Source: Candidatus Poribacteria bacterium (GTDB lineage: Bacteria > Poribacteria > WGA-4E > PCPOR2b). From it: DNA of 64,000 bases. The notes beneath the pieces are model-generated. The model saw only the letters and a program-made list of their open reading frames with translations. It had not been told where the DNA came from and did no database searches. The stretch lies in NCBI GenBank assembly GCA_965215015.1, contig OZ244042.1:2656001-2720000 (forward strand), given 5' to 3'. Below, one piece after another: positions 47,641-58,358 of the stretch (position 1 is the stretch's first letter; every line of letters begins with the position of its first letter). A program made the position numbers and the translations under genes.

Positions 47641-48860
47641 TTATTCAAAGAGCTCGGTAACGGGACACTGAAAACCCGGAATCACATCGGCACCAGTCAA
47701 GGGATTCTCTTCGGAAAGGACTTCAACGGAAGAATTAGATTTTTACCATACTCCCCAACCTAAAGGGTTAGGATTCTTACTTATTCCTTATAGACTTAGA
47801 ATTGCTCTATCTTGTCTGTTAGCCGCTGTTAGATTCTACCTAACAGACGTCAAGGTTCGCTCCAATTCTATCGGAGACTGAGGCCCTTTTCTGAGAAGGT
47901 AGATGTCCTCACCCAATGGATATTAACCGCAGCATTGCGGTCTCTATCCAACTGTGTATCGCAACTTGGACATTGCCAGGTTCCATCACGAAGGTTTAGG
48001 GTTGGATTGACTGCGCCACAGACATAACAAGTCTTTGATGAAGGATACCACTTGTCTATGAAACGGATGTCTCTATCCTTCTTTTGGGCAATGTGCTTGA
48101 GCTGCTGCACAAAGTCAGAAAAACCCAAGTCAGAGACTTTGCGCCCCCACAGGCTTTTCATCCTTTAAGGTTGAAGATCTCCAGTGAAATCCAATCATAT
48201 CTGTCTGTAAGGTCGGGCAAATTTCCAGTGGAAATCGGCGTGTTGATTGGCTATTTTGCGGTGCTTACGGGCAAGATGAATCCGTGACCGTTGCCGGTTG
48301 ATTGTGCGATAGGGGTGAAAATCTCTCACGAAAAACAAGACAAGTATACCCCATTTCACCGGCGATTTCAAAAAAAATGCTTGGGCTTCACGGGCTAAAG
48401 CCCCTATCAGTAAGCGTAAACCTGACGAGATTTCGGATAAACCACCCAGATACATTTTACACAGGCTTCTAAACATTCGTTGACCTTTTCGAGGATTTCA
48501 CTCGGTCGATCGTATGGCCAGACTACCTCGACTGTCAGATCAGGGACGATTTCTAGATAATCGTCAGAAGGGCTCTCAGGCATCCTATGTTTTGCAATGA
48601 AAGCTGCACCAGCAGCGCGGACCGTATCCGGATTGCGTGCGGTGTAAAATCCCGTTTCTGCTGCGTATACCTTGCCAAGGTCATTCTGCTGAACATATAT
48701 TTCTAGCAGCGATCCAAGAATCATTGCCAACTCGCCCTGAATATCTCCTGCTATACCTATCTATATAATCCCTCCCTTCACCAATTTGACATGTCCAATC
48801 AGCTTGGGGACATCTCAAGCAGTTGTTCTCCTGTGATTCTTTCTTGCGATTGTGTCGCGA
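47641..48860 (-). pseudogene. Uma2 family endonuclease pseudogene split by an IS605 remnant
   Basis: ..PDLTVEV....EKV...L..VWVVYPK..VYAY | KSNSSVEVL...LTGADVIPGFQCPVTELFE*; N-terminus frameshifted. Confidence 0.82.
47743..48409 (-). mobile_element. tnpB: Internally deleted IS200/IS605 element with tnpB fragments
   Basis: Left hairpin GGGCTTTAGCCCGTGAAGCCC after TTAC; WGRKVSDLGF, PSSKTC..CG, WQC.SC...DRD.NAA.NI; right hairpin CCTAACCCTTTAGGTTGGGG. Confidence 0.88.
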
Positions 48861-48908
48861 TCAACTCCTTCCAACCAGGTCGAGATTCTACCGTGCCCCT
48901 GTGGTATT

Positions 48909-51266
48909 CTAAAATGGCCCAACCTTGAGTAGCTGTGACAATTTTACAAAGACAATCTGCTCTGTTTCGCCATCTTTTTCGCGATTATTGTTGTAGACCA
49001 CAAAGAACGTGCTTTCAGGCAGATATTCATAAGCGAACAATCCGAAAATTCGTCGCTCATCATCAATCGTAAACTCCGCGCTGGAGCGGAAGAACATCCG
49101 TTGTGCGAATTGATAGTTGATAGCAAAGCGGCGCGTCCACTGTTCCAGTTCACCATCTTCCACCAAACGCTGCAGGGTCAATTCTAAGTCTAGCTTCGCT
49201 GTTGGACGGATTGTTATCTCTGGACGAATGAAGAAAGTATCTTTATCGTCTCGGATGCCGACTGTTCCAAAATTCCGAATCCGCACCCACTTGGGTGGAA
49301 ACCAGCCCGTGAAGAAATTCAGCACTTTATCTGTATAAGCCACACCGTCATCATTGACGTGATAGTACCATTCTGGACCGGTGAAAAGGAAGATATTCTT
49401 AACCCCAATCAACCCACGAATCTGATAGCGTTCGTTGGTCAGTTCACCTGCCTGGTTATACAAGCGGTCATATACGCCTTCGCCGCGCAGGCGTTGTACC
49501 AACCCCGCGTATTGCTTATTGTACCGGGTGGTAAACTCGACCCCCCGCCGATTCGTCCTCGGAATAAAACCGGTCTCCACATCAAAGTTTTCTCCGATAT
49601 CGATATATCGCGCCTCAAAAGAAAACACATTCGCTCGGCGAGAAAATTCGGCAAAGATTATATCATCACCGATGGGGTCATCGCCCTCAGGGCCTGACTT
49701 CCACTCTCTGGCGTATTCAAGGTTGAGATTGACACTGGCGGGCAGCCGAAAACGTGCATCAACTCCCGACGCCCGGTCGTACAGACTCTGCCCCTGTTTG
49801 TTTACCCCCAACAGTCCGATTGCTGAGTTATTGCCAAGTTCCCGTTGCACACGGAAAACGGAGTAGTTGTATTCATCTGCCGGCAGATGATCCGCGTCAA
49901 TCTCGTAAACGCTAAGCCGATCCCCCTGCTCTATGATAGTGTACTGTTTCTCTTCCGCTGCGTCTGTTACCAACCACTTGCTTCCTTTATCCTTGATGCC
50001 AACATAGAGCTCTTCGATTTCGGAAAGCGAGATGTCATTCCTCTCAAAGACTTTGTGCAAATCCCGCGAGAGCATTTCCCGATCGAGATTGCTACTGTAC
50101 CGCGATTTTGTCTTGAAGGCTGCGTTCTCCGGCCCTGCCTGTGCGTTCAGGAAGGCGAAATTATAATCATTCAGCTTGCCAATTACCTTCCCTCCATACA
50201 TGAGATCCTCAACACGGCGACTATAAAACAGCTCAACCGGTGTCTGAAAAAGTTCGTTCCCTTCCAAGAAGAATGGGCGCTTCTCTGGAAAACGGATCGG
50301 GATATCTGATAGGTTAACCAGATCCGGATCCGCCTCAATCTGTGCGAAATCGGGATTGAGCGTGAAGTCGACCGTCACGCTTGAGAAAGGATACCGGACA
50401 TCGATGCCTGCGGCGGTATTCAATTCGGGGGTCTGATCGCCTATTTTCTCCGGCTTTAGGGTCCCGTAAGGTTTAACCTCTAGCGGCCGCTTCGTAACCA
50501 ATTGATCTAACGGCAAGTTGGTCAGATGTCCAAACTGTGAAACAGCGTACTGCCGCCCCCCAAGTTCTACCCACGATAACTCCTCCTGCTGCGACTCATC
50601 ATTCCGCCAAAAATTGATTCCCCAAACTGCATGGGGATTCTTCTTTGGGAAACGGAGTTCCGCAAACGGGATGGAAAACTCCGCTGTCCATCGGTCATCA
50701 TATTTCGCAGTATACCCAGACCAATCACAGTCCCAAGCGATAGCGGAACCGACATTAGAGCTACTCCGCCTCACATTTCCCCCCTCATTTGTTATCCGTC
50801 GATCTGTCTGAGTACTGAGCGGATTCAACGCGAAAGCGTAGCAGTTACGTTGATCGAGGTAAGTATCAATTAAGACTTCAACGTGATCATCGGAGAAGAA
50901 GAAAGAGTCCCGTCGAACGGAATTTGCGGCGAGGACGTGCATGTCACTCTTGAAACATTCAAAACCGACGTACAGCCGGTTCTGATCATAGAGCAGGTAA
51001 ACCCTCGTTTTATGGCTGGCAGGCTCACCTGAATTGGGCTCAAATTGAATAAGGTCGCCGGTCTGTGCCGCCTTTTGCCAACATGGATCGTCTAGTTTTC
51101 CATCAATTTTCGGCGGCGAATCGGTTTCAACGGCTGCGATTTTTCTGAGCATCAGATCCTCTGCAGCGTCAATCGTGCTCAAGGACAACACAAGGGTGCC
51201 CACCACAATTAACTTTAATAAAAGTTTGACCATCCATTCCTCCAAAATCCTTGTATGATATAACAC
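48909..51266 (-). CDS. CBM9-like + DUF5916 outer-membrane protein
   Basis: PKIDGKLDD..W, WTAEFSIPF..LRF, T.NPDFAQ.EAD, FPEKRPFFLEG, LFYSRR; C-terminal Phe. Confidence 0.85.
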   Translation of the reverse strand: MLYHTRILEEWMVKLLLKLIVVGTLVLSLSTIDAAEDLMLRKIAAVETDSPPKIDGKLDDPCWQKAAQTGDLIQFEPNSGEPASHKTRVYLLYDQNRLYVGFECFKSDMHVLAANSVRRDSFFFSDDHVEVLIDTYLDQRNCYAFALNPLSTQTDRRITNEGGNVRRSSSNVGSAIAWDCDWSGYTAKYDDRWTAEFSIPFAELRFPKKNPHAVWGINFWRNDESQQEELSWVELGGRQYAVSQFGHLTNLPLDQLVTKRPLEVKPYGTLKPEKIGDQTPELNTAAGIDVRYPFSSVTVDFTLNPDFAQIEADPDLVNLSDIPIRFPEKRPFFLEGNELFQTPVELFYSRRVEDLMYGGKVIGKLNDYNFAFLNAQAGPENAAFKTKSRYSSNLDREMLSRDLHKVFERNDISLSEIEELYVGIKDKGSKWLVTDAAEEKQYTIIEQGDRLSVYEIDADHLPADEYNYSVFRVQRELGNNSAIGLLGVNKQGQSLYDRASGVDARFRLPASVNLNLEYAREWKSGPEGDDPIGDDIIFAEFSRRANVFSFEARYIDIGENFDVETGFIPRTNRRGVEFTTRYNKQYAGLVQRLRGEGVYDRLYNQAGELTNERYQIRGLIGVKNIFLFTGPEWYYHVNDDGVAYTDKVLNFFTGWFPPKWVRIRNFGTVGIRDDKDTFFIRPEITIRPTAKLDLELTLQRLVEDGELEQWTRRFAINYQFAQRMFFRSSAEFTIDDERRIFGLFAYEYLPESTFFVVYNNNREKDGETEQIVFVKLSQLLKVGPF

Positions 51267-51895
51267 GCATTATCTCTTTGCTCGGGAGATAACAACAAAA
51301 AATTCGGTTTCTCCAAGGTAGGCAGTAATTTACACTATTATTATAGTGTGTCTTGCTAGTCCATTCAATCTAAATCGTGCCGTTCCCTGAAATAATTTGT
51401 AACTCTATTGACTGAAATACCCCTATCATTTTGTCGTAGATTTTAAGTTGGGCATGTTGTATACTGAACCACATATAGCTTTGTAACCCGAGTTGACGGT
51501 AGTAGACATACTCCGTCCCGATAGATTGGGATTCAAAACACACCATACCCGTAGGTCGGGCATCTTGCCCGACTCCAACGATACAACGTGGCACAGCACC
51601 TGTCCTGGATGAAATTGGGATTTCCTGATCAGCGAAGACTATGTAGATTGGGTTGAACGGGAACCGCGAAATCCAACCCATGTGCAGCTTATTAATTGTT
51701 GGGTTTTGCTATATTCAGGAGGGTTCAATCAGAGTTGTTCTACAATCCAAGTGTAATGCTTGATATCTCTCATCGTTGCGTTTAACCTACGAGCAACTTA
51801 GACTATCGTGTTATTTTCGGCGCAGTGGGTGTTGAGGAACCTGTATCGATCTCTATGTCCACAAAAACTGTTCTCCGTCCACTGAGGAGGAACGA

Positions 51896-52891
51896 ATGCA
51901 AGGCAAAAGAGTCGTTTGGCCCAGCCGGGCGAAGGTTGAAATTGAGGAATTTGAGTTCCCGTCTCTTGGGGATAACGAGATTCTTGTGGCGACCGAATGT
52001 TCGCTCATCAGCCCAGGCACAGAGCGCGCTTTCCTGCTAGCACTTCCCAATGCACAAGGCAGCTACCCGTCATACCCCGGTTACAGCAATATCGGGGTGG
52101 TCATTGATAGAGGTAGAGATGTAGACAGCTTCAATATCGGCGATCGTGTTGTTTCGTCCAAAGGGCATACGAGCCATTTTGTCGCCACATCCGATAGCCT
52201 CCTCAAGGTAACAGAGACGGTACTATCATCAGAAGAAGGGGTCTTCTTCAACCTGTGTGCCATTGCAATGCAAGGAGTTCGGAAGGCCAAGATTGAACTT
52301 GGGGAGCCGGTGCTTGTGTTGGGCGGCGGTTTAATCGGTCTGCTTGGGATGCAACTTGCAAAACTAAGCGGTGGATTCCCTGTGATAACAGCGGATCTGT
52401 CTGATAACCGCTTGCAACTCGCCAAACAGGTTGGGGCGGACTACGCTCTAAACTCAAAGGCTGAAGATTTCAACGATCGGCTTGATAAAATTACCGGCGG
52501 CAAAGGTCCAGCTGTCGTTATTGAAGCAACGGGGCATCCACAGGTGATTAATACCGCTTTTCAATTGGCGGACTGGCATGGACGGGTTGTCCTGCTTGCC
52601 AGCACACGGGGGGAGACGGAGCGTGTGAACTTTTACCACGATATCCATCAAAAAGGCTTGACGGTGTTGGGTGCCCATAATTCCGTGCGTCCGCGTCGCG
52701 AATCCTCACCGAATTTCTGGACACTCCGTGACGATTGGGAACTATCGTTGCAGCTCATCGCCCACCATCGTATCGTCGTCGTCCCATTAATCACCCATCG
52801 ACTGCCGGGGCTTCAAGCTGTGGAGGCATATCAACTGTTGATGGAGTGGGATCAGAATCTATTGGGGGTTGTATTAAACTGGGAAGATTAA
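51896..52891 (+). CDS. Zinc-binding alcohol dehydrogenase family (MDR)
   Basis: SLISPGTE, PGYS..G, G.GLIG, VIEATG. Confidence 0.88.
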   Translation: MQGKRVVWPSRAKVEIEEFEFPSLGDNEILVATECSLISPGTERAFLLALPNAQGSYPSYPGYSNIGVVIDRGRDVDSFNIGDRVVSSKGHTSHFVATSDSLLKVTETVLSSEEGVFFNLCAIAMQGVRKAKIELGEPVLVLGGGLIGLLGMQLAKLSGGFPVITADLSDNRLQLAKQVGADYALNSKAEDFNDRLDKITGGKGPAVVIEATGHPQVINTAFQLADWHGRVVLLASTRGETERVNFYHDIHQKGLTVLGAHNSVRPRRESSPNFWTLRDDWELSLQLIAHHRIVVVPLITHRLPGLQAVEAYQLLMEWDQNLLGVVLNWED

Positions 52892-53016
52892 TCGTCATTA
52901 GAAATAGGAATAAGTCGTTGGCTTATAAAAAAAGACAGTACAAAACGCAAAGAACGTGAAGCGTGAAAACCATTGGTTCCATTGGTGCAGTCGGGCTAGG
53001 AGGCTCGACCTACGGA

Positions 53017-53104
53017 GCTCATGTCAAAAGGGAGTCAAAACGCACAGAGCCCCCGAGTTTTTCCGAAAAAACTCGGGTTCTTTGTAAGATTTCTTAACAT
53101 GAGC
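53017..53104. mobile_element. MITE-like element, same family as 43748-43898
   Basis: GCTCATGTCAAAAG...GATTTCTTAACATGAGC. Confidence 0.65.
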
Positions 53105-53238
53105 CAAGTTTTTAATCAACCACGGGGAACCATCTCGCCGGATTCGTCTCTACGCCTTTGGCGTTAAATCTTAACCTATAGCGACTCATTCCGTTAGAAA
53201 TTGTGTTTTGACAAAACGCTGACGTAGAAGGAGATTTC

Positions 53239-54273
53239 ATGATTAACACAGCAGTTATCGGCTATGGCTACGCCGGTCAATCGTTCCACGCCTACCTCGT
53301 TAGTCTGGCAGAAGGGCTTAACCTGTATGCAATTGCGACACGGAGTCCGGAAAGACAGCAAACCGCCGCACAAGCGTACCCCAACGTGAAACTCTACGAG
53401 ACCATTGATCAGGCCATTGCAGACAGCGACGTAGACTTGGTTATCCTTGCCACACCACACGACACACACGCCGAGCTCGCAATTCGAGCGATGGACGCCG
53501 GCAAGCATCTCGTTACGGACAAGGTCATGTGTATGAATGCCGCCGAAGCCGATGCGATGATCCAGGCGAGTCAGCGCAACAATGTTATGTTGAGCGTCTT
53601 TCACAATCGCCGCTGGGATTGGGATTATCTGACTATTAAAAAGGTAATTGCTGAGGGGCTCCTCGGAACGCCGTACCTGTTTCAGGTCGGTATCATGAGA
53701 TACGGCGCACCGAGAGGTTGGCGGGGTGTCAAAAACCAGAGTGGTGGCATCCTCTTTGATTGGCCCGCGCACTTCGTCGATCAAGCCCTGCAACTGGTCT
53801 ACTCACCGGTCAAAACCGTTTTCTGCGACGTGCATTATGGGTCCCGGTGGGATATTAACATTGGCAACTATGCAAACCTGCTGATTAAATTTGAGAACGA
53901 TGTCCGTTATCAGATTGAGGTGGGCAACTTGGCAAAGGTCGGAAAGCCGCGCTGGTACGTCCTTGGGGATCTCGGAGGGTTAATCAAGTACGGGTTAGAC
54001 CCACAGGAAAGACCGATGGTAGCAGGGAACATAGACGCCGCAGAGGAAGATCCCAACACCTACGCAAAGGTCTGGACCGAGGCGGATGGCGCGCAGCGCG
54101 AGCTAGTAGTTGAGAGTGTCAGAGGGTCATGGAAGTCGTATTACCAGAATATCTCCGATGTCCTAAATCAGGGAGCGGAACTCATCGTTAAACCGGAAGA
54201 AATTAAACGGGTGATGCAGGTTTATGACGCTGCGATGCGTTCGTCGGAAACGGGAGAAGCCGTGCAGTTTTGA
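53239..54273 (+). CDS. Gfo/Idh/MocA oxidoreductase (IolW/YdgJ-like)
   Basis: IGYG..G..FH, ATP..TH, VFHNRRWD.D, K.GLDPQE. Confidence 0.9.
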   Translation: MINTAVIGYGYAGQSFHAYLVSLAEGLNLYAIATRSPERQQTAAQAYPNVKLYETIDQAIADSDVDLVILATPHDTHAELAIRAMDAGKHLVTDKVMCMNAAEADAMIQASQRNNVMLSVFHNRRWDWDYLTIKKVIAEGLLGTPYLFQVGIMRYGAPRGWRGVKNQSGGILFDWPAHFVDQALQLVYSPVKTVFCDVHYGSRWDINIGNYANLLIKFENDVRYQIEVGNLAKVGKPRWYVLGDLGGLIKYGLDPQERPMVAGNIDAAEEDPNTYAKVWTEADGAQRELVVESVRGSWKSYYQNISDVLNQGAELIVKPEEIKRVMQVYDAAMRSSETGEAVQF

Positions 54274-54451
54274 GGATGCCTGACCATTTTATGAACACCT
54301 CTGTTCACTTATTGAACACTAGGACAAAGGGTATTGCCGCAAAATTCAGCAGATAGGGTATTTGGTAATTGGCACAAGACTTGCTTAAATTTTGATGCAC
54401 TGTTACGAGGTACGCTCACTAATCACTCAAACATAACGGAGATTAGATAAC

Positions 54452-55543
54452 ATGAGATTAACGAATAGCTACAAATACGCAACTATTTTAGTCGCGCTCA
54501 TCCTCTTGGCCCAACCCCTGTATGCAGATAGCCACACCGGCTCTGATTACCAAGATTTGAATCCGAAAGTACTGGCAGCAATCGATCGAGGATTGGAATG
54601 GTTGAAAATGCAGCAGGAGGATACCGGACTGTTTAGGCATCACCCGGGTGTAACAGGATTGGCAGTCGCAGCGTTTCTGCGTCACCCACAAAACCGGTAC
54701 GCGGAAGCTGATCATCCCTTCATCCAGAAATCCATAAAAGCGTTGCTGGCACTGCAGCAGCCCGACGGTGGGATTTATAACGTCAAAATGCAGCCCGCTC
54801 TGCCGAATTATAACACCTCAGTTTCGCTGATGGCACTTTCATCGGCAAAGAATCCGGAGTATGACGCAGTAATCGCCAAAGCACAGGGCTTCATCAAAAG
54901 CCTTCAGATTACAGATGAGAATGATGTCTACTTCGGAGGAATCGGTTACGGGAGCAGGGAAAACGTTCACGACCTATCCAACATGAGTTTCGCTATACAA
55001 GCCCTCAAGGAGAGCGGATCCGATGACCCGGCGGTGTGGGACAAAGCTGTTAAATTCCTCGAAAGATGCCAGAATCGCAGCGAAACCAACGACCAAGATT
55101 GGGCGGGGGACGATGGGGGCTTTATCTATGCCCCTGACGGCGAGAGCAAAGCGGGGGATCACCGATCTTACGCCAGCATGACTTACGCTGGATTGTTGAG
55201 TTTCATCTATGCCAAGGTTGACCGAGATGATCCGCGCGTTCAGGGTGCAATAGACTGGATCACGAAACACTTCACAGTTGAGGAAAATTACGGCATGGAG
55301 CAACAGGGGCTCTTCTACAACTACCATACAATGGCAAAGGCACTCAAGACTTATGGCGAATCTACCATCGTTGATGCCAAAGGGGTTTCTCACGATTGGT
55401 ACAGAGAACTCGCCGAAAAACTGATCAACGAACAAACGCCGGACGGTTTTTGGGTCAATGACAGCAGCCGTTGGATGGAACGAGATCCGGTACTTGTCAC
55501 CTCATATGCGGTGATAGCCCTTGCGACTGCTTATCCTGAATAA
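54452..55543 (+). CDS. Secreted prenyltransferase/squalene-cyclase repeat protein
   Basis: Signal peptide; GL.WL..QQ, QQPDGG, FL.RCQ, DGGF.Y, Q.PDG.W repeats. Confidence 0.82.
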   Translation: MRLTNSYKYATILVALILLAQPLYADSHTGSDYQDLNPKVLAAIDRGLEWLKMQQEDTGLFRHHPGVTGLAVAAFLRHPQNRYAEADHPFIQKSIKALLALQQPDGGIYNVKMQPALPNYNTSVSLMALSSAKNPEYDAVIAKAQGFIKSLQITDENDVYFGGIGYGSRENVHDLSNMSFAIQALKESGSDDPAVWDKAVKFLERCQNRSETNDQDWAGDDGGFIYAPDGESKAGDHRSYASMTYAGLLSFIYAKVDRDDPRVQGAIDWITKHFTVEENYGMEQQGLFYNYHTMAKALKTYGESTIVDAKGVSHDWYRELAEKLINEQTPDGFWVNDSSRWMERDPVLVTSYAVIALATAYPE

Positions 55544-55738
55544 CTGAGGGATGCTCATAAATAGGTTTTGATGTGTTTATCTCTTAACACCTCTCCATGT
55601 GTAGGGGTTGGATCGCCCAACCTATCAGGCTTGGGAACCAAGCCCCTACGATTGACCCAGGTGTCCTCGCTTGAATTCAGCTATAATGCGTCTCCAATTA
55701 TGTACACCCTTCAACTAACCTGAACCGACCTTCATCAC

Positions 55739-55767
55739 AGCCCGAGTGATATGCTCGGGCTTTTTTT
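55739..55767 (+). terminator. Intrinsic terminator
   Basis: AGCCCGAG-TGATATG-CTCGGGCT followed by a T-tract. Confidence 0.75.
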
Positions 55768-55973
55768 ATGTTTGCTTCAGATTCAATTTCAAAAGATTCA
55801 CTAATCTATCAACTGGGGAAAATTTTTCTACACATCCCAATGAAGAATTGGTATAATATTGATAGGGACTGGCATTCGTTAGTCCTGACAGGGCACAATA
55901 ACAGGCAAGGACAGTTTACCAACGACATAACATGAGGGCACACCCGTGACCCATAACATGCAAGGAGATAGTT

Positions 55974-56294
55974 ATGTTTTTTGAGCTTCGGCAATATCGC
56001 ATGAGACCCGGGCAGGAGGAGAACTGGGTTAATTTTATGGAGAAGATAATCATTCCCTTTCAGATCTCGAAAGGGATGGTAATTTTGGGAAGCTTTGTCG
56101 GCGAGGAAGAAAAAGATTTGTACGTTTGGATTCGCCGATTTGAGAGTGAGGAGCAGCGGGAACAGTTGTATGAAGCTGTCTATGAAAGTGACACATGGAA
56201 AAATGAAATCGCTCCCAAAATTCCTGACATGATGGATCGTGCGCAGATCAAAGTCACACGCCTTGAAGCAACTCCTCGATCGGTTATCCAGTAG
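55974..56294 (+). CDS. NIPSNAP family protein
   Basis: FELRQY...PG, YVWIRRFES..R. Confidence 0.85.
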   Translation: MFFELRQYRMRPGQEENWVNFMEKIIIPFQISKGMVILGSFVGEEEKDLYVWIRRFESEEQREQLYEAVYESDTWKNEIAPKIPDMMDRAQIKVTRLEATPRSVIQ

Positions 56295-56542
56295 AGATAC
56301 ACCGATCCAAGCCTCTTAAGAGAGCAGTTAAAATCGCTGCTATCACTGGAAGTAATCCTATCGCTTCAGATTTCGTTGAACAAGATGATAAGAAATTTTG
56401 CGTTTCAATTCTTCGCAAAAAGATACTATCAGCTTGAACAACGACATCCAAACAAACAAAGACGTAGATGAAATAAGATTCCCAATTTCGTCTCTTGGGA
56501 TAGATTTAACTATACCCGATAAGGGAAAAGGAGAAAATTTTC

Positions 56543-56977
56543 ATGGATGTCTTAAAGCGAGTTGTAGGTGTTGCTCTGATTCTGATTGCGGCAATAGTTG
56601 CCATCCACACAGTCCTCGAGCCGGTTTACCACACTTCCAGCGACGCCCAACCTTACAGCAGTGCTTGGAATTGGATTAACTGGCTATCCGCTATCTCGAT
56701 AATACTGGGATTGATATTCGGCTACATTCGCATGAGCCGTGCCGGCGAGAGTTCGAGCGGTCCAGAGTTTATAGCTGCCAACACCCTATTCTACGGATTT
56801 CTGTTCACAGCCATACTCTTCTTTTGGAACTGGTTCGGCATCAGCGGCGTCGGGGAAGATTTTACCGCTGTCAGTGCCGACGTTCGATCGCTGGTATGGA
56901 TTATCTTTAACGCTTTACACCCATTATTGAGCGGTGCGATGGGTGCTCACCTGCTGCGCGTCAGTGCTAGCGAATAA
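56543..56977 (+). CDS. Hypothetical 4-TM membrane protein
   Basis: Four hydrophobic segments; SD AGGAG. Confidence 0.75.
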   Translation: MDVLKRVVGVALILIAAIVAIHTVLEPVYHTSSDAQPYSSAWNWINWLSAISIILGLIFGYIRMSRAGESSSGPEFIAANTLFYGFLFTAILFFWNWFGISGVGEDFTAVSADVRSLVWIIFNALHPLLSGAMGAHLLRVSASE

Positions 56978-57177
56978 CCACTTGCCGGGTGCAGAAATCT
57001 TACAAGGAAATGATATCCCCCGACACTTCGCCGAGTTGCCCATAGCTATTGGCCTTCGGTACAAGTGGGTGAAGATATTAAGTTCATTAATGAACCAATT
57101 ACGTTTCACGATCGGTATCAACAGTTGCGAACTCGCACCATTTGTTAATACGATTCATGTCATATTAGGAGAGATTT

Positions 57178-57525
57178 ATGGCAGTTAATGTCCGTCATCG
57201 AGAAGGTGTTGTCATTTTGGAACTGAGCGGTAAGATTTTTGGGCCCGTTGCCCTTGAATTCAAAAGGGTATTTGATGAACAGATTGCTAGTTTCACAGGA
57301 GCTCCCAAATTCTTGGTCGACTTTGCCCGTGTCACAATCATGGGAAGCTCGGGGCTCGGTGCCTTAACGGGGGCATACGTATCTGTTGAACAGAAAGGGG
57401 GGCTGGTTGCACTGGTCAACGTCGGTACGAACATCCAGAATCTCATGATTCGGAGCAGGCTGGTTAAGCAATTTGAACCGTTCGAGAACGAAGATGAGGC
57501 AATAGAAGCCCTCAACGCGGGGTGA
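57178..57525 (+). CDS. STAS domain anti-sigma factor antagonist
   Basis: VD...V..MGSSGLG.L, F..E.EAI; the usual Asp of DSSG is Gly. Confidence 0.88.
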   Translation: MAVNVRHREGVVILELSGKIFGPVALEFKRVFDEQIASFTGAPKFLVDFARVTIMGSSGLGALTGAYVSVEQKGGLVALVNVGTNIQNLMIRSRLVKQFEPFENEDEAIEALNAG

Positions 57526-57540
57526 AGCCTCCGAACCTTG

Positions 57541-58356
57541 TTACCTGACCCAATGCCGATAGAGCGGTTTGACATTCCCCGGTAGTGCTTCATAAATTGC
57601 CGGGGAAATAGAAGCAACCTCATTCTCATTCCCACCGGTTTCGTCCACGATTCGAGCGCGCTCATCCGACCCTGGCATCAATACGTCAAGATTCAGCCAC
57701 CACGGCGCATAGCGTACCGCCATCCCGACGCGCGGCTGATCGGTTTTGTTCGGCGCAGTTGCATGCCATGTCCGGCTGTCAAGTATCAACACACTGCCCG
57801 CAGCACCTATTGCCTGCATCTCGGTGGGATAAGGTTTCAGTGGATCAACGCCGTTGTCCCCTGAGGGATTGTTTGGGGACCGGTGGCTGCCCGGCACAAC
57901 CAGTGTGCCGCCGGTTTCATGCGTAAATGGGGAGAGCATCCACAATGTGGTCAGGTGTATGACCGCATCGGGATAGGGGGCAGGTATATGCCCAGCGTTG
58001 TGTTGATTGAAGGGCCAATCTGCGTGTAGCGCACCACGCACATTTCCCGGGTAGTTGATATGTGCCGTTGTAAAAGAGATACGCACATGCGGTCCGAATA
58101 ACGCTTCTGCAATTCCTAACACGCGCTTGTCGGCAAGGTAAGGGGCAAATGATTGATTGAAGGCAAGCAAGCCTTTCCGAGTCCCTACCCCTTTGACGCC
58201 GGTGTAAGTTCCATGGACTTCGACCGTTTTCTCGACGCTTCCCTGTATCGCATCCACTTTACCTTCGGGAATCACACCGTCAACCACGCACCAACCGTTG
58301 ATTTCTAAGTGTAACAGTGCTGATTCGATGGTCCTGGCTGCCTTCTGATCGGTCAT
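57541..58356 (-). CDS. Phytanoyl-CoA dioxygenase (PhyH) family
   Basis: LHAD, GGT.VVPGSH, WH...N...PR. Confidence 0.9.
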   Translation of the reverse strand: MTDQKAARTIESALLHLEINGWCVVDGVIPEGKVDAIQGSVEKTVEVHGTYTGVKGVGTRKGLLAFNQSFAPYLADKRVLGIAEALFGPHVRISFTTAHINYPGNVRGALHADWPFNQHNAGHIPAPYPDAVIHLTTLWMLSPFTHETGGTLVVPGSHRSPNNPSGDNGVDPLKPYPTEMQAIGAAGSVLILDSRTWHATAPNKTDQPRVGMAVRYAPWWLNLDVLMPGSDERARIVDETGGNENEVASISPAIYEALPGNVKPLYRHWVR

Positions 58357-58358
58357 CT

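Noticed and set aside
47868-48476. Functional TnpB/Cas12f nuclease
   Set aside because: All tnpB copies in the window are frameshifted and internally deleted
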